Virus record (IMG/VR): IMGVR_UViG_3300030202_002218 | Length of the DNA stretch: 20,000 bases | Direction: 5' to 3' (one strand) | From: an uncultured virus (IMG/VR IMGVR_UViG_3300030202_002218) | Lineage: Duplodnaviria > Heunggongvirae > Uroviricota > Caudoviricetes | In this document: positions 7,523 through 15,054 of the stretch, piece by piece | Position numbering within the stretch: position 1 is the first letter of the stretch | Layout: each line of letters starts with the position of its first letter | Notes under the pieces: model-generated | Seen by the model: only the letters and a program-made list of their open reading frames with translations | Told to the model about the DNA's origin: nothing | The model's database searches: none | Position numbers and translations under genes: made by a program

Positions 7523-9291
7523 GCGATATTATCCTCAAGGGTAAGGGCGTGTGGTATCGCGATGGTGAAGGAGTGATGCACCCACAATCTTTCCCTCCAA
7601 CAGATTCCGACCACGAAAATATATCTCATTTTCACATTAACTCTAAGACAGGAAAACCATTCAAAGAATTGGGTGGTAAAGGCTTAGTAGGTAAGTTTCC
7701 TATCGAGATTGCCGCTGGTATTTTAGCCCGCGAATTGATGTCGCAAGGATACAAAGATGAAACAGGAGCAAGAAGAAAACCAGTGAGTGAGGCTTCAGCG
7801 TTGCGTTTAGCAAAAACTGTCTTCAACAATGCAACCAAGCGTTTCAATGACATTAAAAGAAAGGCTGGTGATGATTTCAATGTTCTCCCTATGAAGTTTG
7901 ATGAAAACGGCATATTGAATGACGAATACAAGAATAATCATTACGGAGGACATCAACCGCGCCGTGTTCGGACTGCGAAGAGAACAACGCGAACAAAAGA
8001 TGGAAAAGTCATCAATAATCACCCGCGTAATCAACTACACGATGACCTCGGACAACATCTTGAATCCGCGGCTTTGCATATTTTTGATGAGTTGCGACAA
8101 GAAGCAGAAAAAATGGGCGTTAGCACAGAACTCGCGGCACAGCAAAATGTTATCGAGCCACAACAAATAACAGATGGTGTCACTCATCGCTACACTTCAA
8201 ATGATGCAGACCCCACATCTAAGTCAAACACAAAATATCCAAATCACTACAAAGACCTACATGCGCAAACTGCGGCATACGGTGAAATATCACCTATGGA
8301 TATTGTTTCCGTATTACCAAACGACTTCTTTGTCCCGTCAACAGGAGGCGGAATGTCAACAAGAATAATGAATCAACTTAGAGATATGGGATACGACCAA
8401 CCTACGGCTCGTTCGATGGCTCGCGCTCCTGTGAATCAATTACTTTACGGCAGTGGTAAAGAAGGTCGAGAAAGTGGACTCAACAAGGTAGTTCGCAACA
8501 TGCGCGCTAAATTACAAGTCGATTCAAATAATGATATTCATGCCATGTTCAAGAATCACCGCGACCATATTGCACCAAAAATAAGGGGTGGCGATAACGG
8601 GAGGAATAACAAAGCAGTTGAGATATTGGCTTTGTTGAAATTAGCAGAACAGATGGGAGTTGACCCCGCTCAATACTCGATGTATCAACAAGCACCTCAA
8701 TCCGTAATGGGGGGTTGGCGTGATGTTGCTACGGCAGAAGGTGGTAAGCAAATAGATATGGAGGCTCTTGGGAGTGTCAATGAAGGACACAGCATGAGAG
8801 GTAAATTTGCGGGTGATATGGACCACATTTTTAGAGAGTTTCCCGACCACTTAAGCGGCGGCTCACCCGCTGATGTTTTACCAGCGCAACCGATTTTGGA
8901 CGATAAACCAATGAGTGAACCTGCACCTGCTTTGACTACACAACCTCAACTCGCGCTCCCTTTGGGGCAACAACAAGATTTGTCACAATTTAATCCGTTC
9001 TCCGCAGGGAGAGAATTTGCAATGTCCGATGACGACCCAATGGGTGTCATCGCGACTATCATGGAGCGTGTGCAATTACATGAAGCAGGTGGCTCTTTAT
9101 TGGTAAAATATGACCCTATGGATAATTATGATATGCAACGATTGGGTCAAAATGTTGGCCTGTCGAGTCTTGATGTTCGCGCGATTGCAATGTCGATTGG
9201 TGATTGGGATGTTTTGGCGAAATCTTTTAACACGACGCATGATGTGGTCCGCGACATCAAGCGTGCTTGTGGAGGCGTAATTTATGGTTGA
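7519..9291 (+). CDS. Hypothetical protein (590 aa) with a possible C-terminal HTH-like domain
   Basis: Long ORF, ATGA overlap, GAGGTGG SD. C-terminal GDWDVLAKSFNTTHDVVRDIK resembles an HTH. Confidence 0.85.
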   Translation: MSDIILKGKGVWYRDGEGVMHPQSFPPTDSDHENISHFHINSKTGKPFKELGGKGLVGKFPIEIAAGILARELMSQGYKDETGARRKPVSEASALRLAKTVFNNATKRFNDIKRKAGDDFNVLPMKFDENGILNDEYKNNHYGGHQPRRVRTAKRTTRTKDGKVINNHPRNQLHDDLGQHLESAALHIFDELRQEAEKMGVSTELAAQQNVIEPQQITDGVTHRYTSNDADPTSKSNTKYPNHYKDLHAQTAAYGEISPMDIVSVLPNDFFVPSTGGGMSTRIMNQLRDMGYDQPTARSMARAPVNQLLYGSGKEGRESGLNKVVRNMRAKLQVDSNNDIHAMFKNHRDHIAPKIRGGDNGRNNKAVEILALLKLAEQMGVDPAQYSMYQQAPQSVMGGWRDVATAEGGKQIDMEALGSVNEGHSMRGKFAGDMDHIFREFPDHLSGGSPADVLPAQPILDDKPMSEPAPALTTQPQLALPLGQQQDLSQFNPFSAGREFAMSDDDPMGVIATIMERVQLHEAGGSLLVKYDPMDNYDMQRLGQNVGLSSLDVRAIAMSIGDWDVLAKSFNTTHDVVRDIKRACGGVIYG

Positions 9292-11053
9292 AAGTTGGGA
9301 AATAGAATGGAATAGCAGTATGATTGAACACGGTCGCGACTTAGGAACTATGGAATTTATTTTCGCAAAAGGCGGCAACCTCTCGGATATGAACTATGTT
9401 ATGTTCGATGTTCAAGACAACAGTTGGGAACCACTTATCAAGGCTGTCGCGGAGCGCGACAACTCTCACCCCGACATTATTCGGAAGAATGCTGAACCGT
9501 TCATGGCTAACCGCGACCAACGAGCCGCGCAACCATTCATGGGAACAGCAGTGACAAGTCCTCGTCAAGCAACGCAACAATACAACACAGCACAGCGAAT
9601 GTCCAACCTCGCTAACTACGACGCTGACCCTACCGCAATGAACGCTATGCGCGCCGGAAAATACGGAACAGCCGCAGGTAAAGGTCTTGCCGCCGCAGGT
9701 CGCGGTATCATGGGAGCAGGTCGAAAAATGGGCGAGATGGGCGGTCGTGCTATGGCTGGTGCAAAAGATATGGGTGGTCGCGCTCTTCAAGCAGTAAAAG
9801 ACAGTGGTATGGGCCAACGCATGAAGAACTTCATGGGTGCGGCAGGTCGTGGACTTAGCGACTTACGACATGCCCCAGCCGCGGCAAAACAAGCATTTAG
9901 AGATAGTCGCGCAAGACGCGAAGATGAAGAACGAAGAAATGCACTTGAAGGTGGTCTTGGTCGCGGGTCAAAAATGGAAGCAGAAACCGAGCGAAGAATG
10001 GTTCCGGGTAGTCAAAACTTTGACGCAAACATGGATAGAGCGCGGGGAGCCATCAATCAACAACTTGCTCGCGATTTCAATGTTAATCCAAATACTAACA
10101 AAAAAGGTAAGCCGACTGAATCAGTTCAAGATGCCATGCGTCGTGAAATTCAAGAAATTGGTGACAGACGCGCTCAACCAAAAGAAGGTTTCTTCGCTGG
10201 TATGAGCCGCCGCGGACGCGAGCGACGCGCTGGCAATCAAGCACAAGCAGAAGGAGCGGCATACGCGCCTTCTAACATGGCAACCGATGAGCCGGAACGA
10301 GTGCCTCTCCCTGCTGGACCTTCAACTGACGCGGAGCAAGCGGCAAACGCAGACAAAGTTCCCGAACCGGAAATTGAGTTTGATATGACCGAACCGGAAA
10401 CAGGAACACCACCACAAGACGCGGGGCAACCAATGAAGGTTGAAGCCGAAGAGAGCGCATTAACTGATAAACAAAAACAGGCTATGGAGATGTTTGACAA
10501 AGTGCAAGAAAACAAGCGCAAGCGAATGGCTATGGAAGGTGGTGCAGAAACCACCGGCGACCTATTCGTTGACGACGAAGGTGAAGTCATAAACCCAGCA
10601 CAAACGGAAACCGCTACGGCTACTGAACCATCTTTCGGACAAAGATTTGCTACCGAGGCTGGTATGAAAATGGGCGCACCTGCGGGTGATAGAGTCCGTG
10701 GTGGATTAGACAAAGTGTTCGGCCAACACCAAAAAACTCCATTCGCTGACCGCGATGCGGCAATGCAAGCCATGTTGCAAAGTGGTGTAGGAACAAAAGG
10801 GATGACTACTGCTGGTAAGTTCAGTGGCAAATCAGCACAGGCTGTTGAAGCGGCTTTGATGGAAATGGGCTTTGGCCCAGCAGAAGCAAAAAATGTCGCG
10901 CAACAAGCAGAAGCAGGTAATCCCGATGCAAAAGAAATTGTTGAAGAAGCAATAGATTTCGACATGGGTGAAGATGCTATGGGAATGAAACTAAGTGAAG
11001 ACAACCACGCGGCATCATGGGATTCTGTTTTGAAAGGACTTAATGTGCGGTGA
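9284..11053 (+). CDS. Ala/Gly/Met-rich low-complexity protein with amphipathic 11-mer repeats (589 aa), candidate internal or ejection protein
   Basis: GGAGG SD, MGGRAMAGAKD/MGGRALQAVKD repeat, acidic Pro-rich central region. Confidence 0.85.
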   Translation: MVESWEIEWNSSMIEHGRDLGTMEFIFAKGGNLSDMNYVMFDVQDNSWEPLIKAVAERDNSHPDIIRKNAEPFMANRDQRAAQPFMGTAVTSPRQATQQYNTAQRMSNLANYDADPTAMNAMRAGKYGTAAGKGLAAAGRGIMGAGRKMGEMGGRAMAGAKDMGGRALQAVKDSGMGQRMKNFMGAAGRGLSDLRHAPAAAKQAFRDSRARREDEERRNALEGGLGRGSKMEAETERRMVPGSQNFDANMDRARGAINQQLARDFNVNPNTNKKGKPTESVQDAMRREIQEIGDRRAQPKEGFFAGMSRRGRERRAGNQAQAEGAAYAPSNMATDEPERVPLPAGPSTDAEQAANADKVPEPEIEFDMTEPETGTPPQDAGQPMKVEAEESALTDKQKQAMEMFDKVQENKRKRMAMEGGAETTGDLFVDDEGEVINPAQTETATATEPSFGQRFATEAGMKMGAPAGDRVRGGLDKVFGQHQKTPFADRDAAMQAMLQSGVGTKGMTTAGKFSGKSAQAVEAALMEMGFGPAEAKNVAQQAEAGNPDAKEIVEEAIDFDMGEDAMGMKLSEDNHAASWDSVLKGLNVR

Positions 11054-11058
11054 TACGC

Positions 11059-12462
11059 GTGCAATCATCTTTGTCACTTGAAGCGATTGAAGAAATCGAC
11101 TTTGAAGTGGCAAAGCGCGATTTTAAATTCTTCTTTGAAGAGATTCTTGGATTTCAACTTTCACATCATCACGAACGCTGGTATAATAATCTTGAAACAC
11201 GAAAGCGATACTGTGTCAAAGCGGCGCGTGACCACGGTAAGTCAACGCTGTTCCTCGGCTACATGTTATGGAAAACGGCATTCAATCCAAAGACCAAAGC
11301 AGTATTGATTTCACACAGTCTTCATCAGTCGATACATCACATGCGGACACTCAATGATTTGATTGACGGTGTGCCTTTTCTTGCTAAGATGAAGAAAGCC
11401 GATTCATGGTCTAAGACATTTTTTGGTTTTTCTAATGGTTCTAATATTAGCGCGAAGTCTGTTGGTGGTGCTATTCGTGGTATCCACCCCGACCTCATTC
11501 TTTGTGACGACATTCTGTGGGGAACAACCGATACAGAACTTGCTCGCGTCGCATCATGGTTTTACGAAGTTCTTGTCCCGACGCTCCACCACACCTCAAA
11601 ACTGATGATAGTCGGGACACCATTTACCCCAACCGACCTTTATACAGAACTTGAAGGTCGTGACGGTTATCTTGTTGAAACATACCCTGCTATCAATGCA
11701 CAAGGAGTTGCATTATGGCCGGAACGCTGGGACTTAGAATCATTAGATGCGCGCAGGGCTGATATGCCAGCAATTGCATTTGCGCGTGAATACTTGTGTG
11801 AGCCGATGGATGATGTATCGAGTCTATTCCCTTCAACCGTATTGCAATCAGCAAAAGACAGCACACTCAAACTCATTGACCGTGAAGTTGGCGACCCCGA
11901 CGACCAATACTTCATCGGCTGGGACCCTGCTATTTCGAGTGACCGAGCGGCTGACTTCACCGTTATGGTGGTGCTTCGTCGCCCATCAACTAACCCCGAA
12001 TTGCTTGAATTGGTTCATGCAGTTCGTCGTAAGAATATGGATTTCCGAACACAGATTATGGAGATTCAAAGACTCAACGCGAAGTTCAATCCCGATGTGA
12101 TTGAACTTGAAGCGAACAACTTTCAGCGTGTATTCGCTACTGAACTACGCGCAGATACAGACCTACCCATCAAAACATTCATCTCCACGCGCCAACGCCG
12201 TGAGTCACTTCTCATGGGATTAGTTCTGCGATTTGAAAATGAGCAGATGAGATTGCCGTGGGGCGACGACCGTTCGCGAACAATGATGAGTGAATTAGAA
12301 CGCGAACTAATGATGTTCGGTATGTCGAAAAAAGGTAAGTTGGACAGCATTGGTCGCCATGACGACTTTGCTATCGCTCTCGCATTGGCTCATTGGGCTA
12401 CCACGGAGTTCCGTGAACGAATCGTTGACTTAGATGAAATAATGGAGGGGTTGTTAGATTGA
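11059..12462 (+). CDS. terL: Terminase large subunit
   Basis: Walker A AARDHGKST, Walker B DLILCDD, coupling motif VGTP, RNase H-like nuclease motifs IGWDPA, ELEANNFQ and HDDFAIALALA. GTG 11059 follows a GGTGA SD (11050 is an alternative start). Confidence 0.95.
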   Translation: MQSSLSLEAIEEIDFEVAKRDFKFFFEEILGFQLSHHHERWYNNLETRKRYCVKAARDHGKSTLFLGYMLWKTAFNPKTKAVLISHSLHQSIHHMRTLNDLIDGVPFLAKMKKADSWSKTFFGFSNGSNISAKSVGGAIRGIHPDLILCDDILWGTTDTELARVASWFYEVLVPTLHHTSKLMIVGTPFTPTDLYTELEGRDGYLVETYPAINAQGVALWPERWDLESLDARRADMPAIAFAREYLCEPMDDVSSLFPSTVLQSAKDSTLKLIDREVGDPDDQYFIGWDPAISSDRAADFTVMVVLRRPSTNPELLELVHAVRRKNMDFRTQIMEIQRLNAKFNPDVIELEANNFQRVFATELRADTDLPIKTFISTRQRRESLLMGLVLRFENEQMRLPWGDDRSRTMMSELERELMMFGMSKKGKLDSIGRHDDFAIALALAHWATTEFRERIVDLDEIMEGLLD

Positions 12463-12653
12463 CTGATTGTAATTGTGAATTTTGTGTAGGCGGCGAAGCC
12501 GCGTTTGGCTATCTTGAAAAGAAATTATGTCCGGCTGGTAAGGCCGCGGCCAAGCGGAAGTTCAAGGTTTATCCAAGCGCGTATGCGAATGGTTGGGCTG
12601 TTCAATACTGCCGCGGCAAGTTCAAGAAAAAGAAGGGAGGCAAAAAGAAATGA
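12459..12653 (+). CDS. Small basic protein with KFKVYPSAYANG motif (64 aa)
   Basis: TTG start with GGAGGGG SD overlapping the terL stop. The motif is one I recall from small basic marine phage proteins. Confidence 0.75.
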   Translation: MTDCNCEFCVGGEAAFGYLEKKLCPAGKAAAKRKFKVYPSAYANGWAVQYCRGKFKKKKGGKKK

Positions 12654-12853
12654 TTCCTCTTGAAGAAGCGTGGGCTTTGATGAAAGCCAAGAAAGACGCG
12701 CCGAATTATCGCCCTTGTGAAAGTAGCAAGTGCTGTGGTAATTGTAAAGCGTGGGACGATTCAGCAACAGAAAGCCCTCAAACGGGATATTGCGAGTGGT
12801 ATGATTTCACTTGCAATAAGGATTATACATGTGATGCGTGGGCGGGTAAGTAA
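12650..12853 (+). CDS. Small Cys-rich protein with HiPIP-like Cys spacing (67 aa)
   Basis: ATG at 12650 (ATGA overlap, GGAGG SD at 12636-12640). APNYR...CGNC...GYC...TCDAW. Confidence 0.75.
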   Translation: MIPLEEAWALMKAKKDAPNYRPCESSKCCGNCKAWDDSATESPQTGYCEWYDFTCNKDYTCDAWAGK

Positions 12854-13527
12854 TGGTTGAGAAGAACTTAAACCGTTGGTTTAAAGAAAAGTGGGTGGAT
12901 GTATCGCGCACAGGTAAGGATGGTAAGCATCCTCCTTGTGGTCGAAGCAAAGCCAAAACCTCAAGCAAAGGATACCCTAAATGTCGCCCATCTGTCAAGG
13001 TATCAAGCAAGACTCCAAAGACCAGCGGCTCCATGTCGTCGGGTCAAAAACGCGCGGCTACTAAAAGAAAGCGCAGTAAAAAACAAGGAGTGGGTGGAAA
13101 ACCTACGGTGGTTAAAATGGAATACGAATACATAATGCACGAACCAATAACAGCAGAAGAATTAGCAATGATGAATGATGAAGACATCGCGAAAAGCGTA
13201 TCATTTTGTAATTGTTGTTCGCCGTTTGAGATAGCAACAACTGTTCTCAAAGCGAAAAAGAAAAGCAAACCATTTCACGGATATAACCCTAACAAACATG
13301 CTAAGACAGGTGGCTTGAACGCTAAAGGTCGAGCCGCCGCGAAGCGTAAAACAGGTGCTAACTTGAAACGACCTGTCACAAAAAAACCAAGCAAACTCAA
13401 ACCCGGTGGTAAAGCCGCAGGTCGCCGTAAATCATTCTGCGCGAGAATGAGTGGTGTTAAAGGACCGACCAGTAAAGGCGGTAAAAAGACACCGAAAGGT
13501 GCGGCACTGGCGAGGTGGAATTGTTAA
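12853..13527 (+). CDS. Two-domain basic protein, DUF5872-like plus DUF6321-like (224 aa)
   Basis: N-terminal LNRWFKEKWVDV..CGR..YPKCRP and C-terminal GGLNAKGR..RRKSFCARM..ALARWNC, joined by an acidic linker. Family names are from memory. Confidence 0.75.
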   Translation: MVEKNLNRWFKEKWVDVSRTGKDGKHPPCGRSKAKTSSKGYPKCRPSVKVSSKTPKTSGSMSSGQKRAATKRKRSKKQGVGGKPTVVKMEYEYIMHEPITAEELAMMNDEDIAKSVSFCNCCSPFEIATTVLKAKKKSKPFHGYNPNKHAKTGGLNAKGRAAAKRKTGANLKRPVTKKPSKLKPGGKAAGRRKSFCARMSGVKGPTSKGGKKTPKGAALARWNC

Positions 13528-13673
13528 TGACTCAACCTGTTGTGTATCACAGTTGTTGCTACACAGCAGATAAGTCATATCCTTTTGGATTTTGTAAAAA
13601 GTGTTGGGAGAAAAACGGTAGTCCGCAAACAATGGCTTGGAATAAGAGAAAGGTGAATCGCGTTGAAAATTGA
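13527..13673 (+). CDS. Small Cys-rich protein (48 aa), absent from the ORF track
   Basis: MTQPVVYHSCCYTADKSYPFGFCKKCWEKNGSPQTMAWNKRKVNRVEN. TAATG coupling, GAGGTGG SD at 13512-13518, fills the gap exactly. Confidence 0.7.
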   Translation: MTQPVVYHSCCYTADKSYPFGFCKKCWEKNGSPQTMAWNKRKVNRVEN

Positions 13674-15054
13674 TTTGTCCGACGAAACAGCATTCATTGA
13701 TGCTATTTTGAAAAATACAATTCAAGGAGCATCTTTTGGTGACGCGCCCAAACCTATTCAAGAAGGACAAGGCACAGCAAACGCTAATCCAACACCACCT
13801 AAACCAAATGAAATCGAAGAAGAAGAAAATAAAAGAGAAATGGCTCAAGAAGTTGCTCAACAACTCAAGCGTTCTCAACCTAATGGTGATTGGTTCAACA
13901 CTATGTTTGGTCGCAATGCTGGTGACTTAGTGAAGGATTTACGGATGGCGCGCCGTGTTAACAAAAGTATGCGCGATGCTATTGATGAAGCCATTGATGC
14001 TATACGCATCGCAAAGAAACAAGAAGTCGAAGCAACTTTGCAATCAATAGAGTGGATTGGTAAGCACGACAAAACAGTTCGTAATTTAGGTATCAGCGAC
14101 CGTGACCTCCAAGCATTGCGAAAACACGGCGTATCGCGAGAATACGCATTAAGAAGAGCGTGTGTTCAATGGGAAAAAGCCAACGACACTATCAGTAAAT
14201 TACTTCTCATTGAAGGTGAGTTTGACGATAATCAACGACAGATGTGGGTTGATGCTCAACAACTCAAAAAGAACGCGAAAAAAGAGTGGAGGAATTGTCT
14301 TCATTCTATTGACAACATCAAGAAGACTGATGCTATTTTCCTTGCAAAAGCCGCGAATATTCTTGAAGAGCGTGGTCCTTTACCAAGCAATGAGATTTTC
14401 AACAGTATGCAAGGAACAACTCATTTAACAACTCAAAAACTATCATCTTTGTTTAAGATGCATGGTGTTGAATACGACATAGAGAAGGTTGGTGTTGGAT
14501 GGGGACTTGTTCGCGACAACACTGTGATTTTCAAAGATGTATGGGCTTACGCCGCTGGTTTCCTCGACGCTGATGGCTACATCACTATCACTAAGCGTCT
14601 TGAACCAAGAGCAGGTTTCATCGCGACAGGTGAGCGAGGTAAGTTGCATTGTGAGCAATTACATAAAGCACTTGGGTGTGGCGTTCTTCAAACAGATTTA
14701 AAAATTCATAAAAACAGCAGACGAACACAACACCGCTTACAATTTTACAGCGAAAATGATTTGCGCAAATTGATGAAAGGTATTACAAAACATCTTCGTA
14801 TGAAGAAAGGACAGGCCAATGCGGTCATTGAATTGCTCGATATGCGCGGTCGTAAAACTGACATTATCAAATCACGCCGCGACGAACTTTACCGTATTGT
14901 CAAATGGCTCAATTGGAAAGATGTTCCCGACAAGCGTGAAGAACTTTTGAAGGAGTGGAACATTGATGAGGTGGGAGTTCGTGCCATGTTTAGTCGGGAC
15001 GGTGAAACCCTTCGTCTTCTTGACGATGCGAACCGACTTGTGGAGATGATGTAA
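13663..15054 (+). CDS. Free-standing single-motif LAGLIDADG endonuclease-domain protein with long helical/wHTH N-terminus (463 aa)
   Basis: WAYAAGFLDADGYITI followed by a typical LAGLIDADG beta-sheet region. Preceded by wHTH-like AANILEERGPLPSNEIF...TTQKLSSLFK. TTG start with GGTGA SD. Confidence 0.85.
   Translation: MKIDLSDETAFIDAILKNTIQGASFGDAPKPIQEGQGTANANPTPPKPNEIEEEENKREMAQEVAQQLKRSQPNGDWFNTMFGRNAGDLVKDLRMARRVNKSMRDAIDEAIDAIRIAKKQEVEATLQSIEWIGKHDKTVRNLGISDRDLQALRKHGVSREYALRRACVQWEKANDTISKLLLIEGEFDDNQRQMWVDAQQLKKNAKKEWRNCLHSIDNIKKTDAIFLAKAANILEERGPLPSNEIFNSMQGTTHLTTQKLSSLFKMHGVEYDIEKVGVGWGLVRDNTVIFKDVWAYAAGFLDADGYITITKRLEPRAGFIATGERGKLHCEQLHKALGCGVLQTDLKIHKNSRRTQHRLQFYSENDLRKLMKGITKHLRMKKGQANAVIELLDMRGRKTDIIKSRRDELYRIVKWLNWKDVPDKREELLKEWNIDEVGVRAMFSRDGETLRLLDDANRLVEMM

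Noticed and set aside
10237..11064. 275-aa minus-strand ORF and the other minus-strand or off-frame ORFs in the track (for example 9341-9817, 13432-13878, 15586-16146, 18208-18726)
   Set aside because: They lie within longer, SD-supported + strand genes, have shadow-like composition and show no motifs.
13663..15054. Intein or group I intron carrying the LAGLIDADG domain
   Set aside because: No N-terminal Cys/Ser splicing block or C-terminal HN-C/S/T. The flanking terL and portal genes are intact, and the ORF has its own SD and stop.
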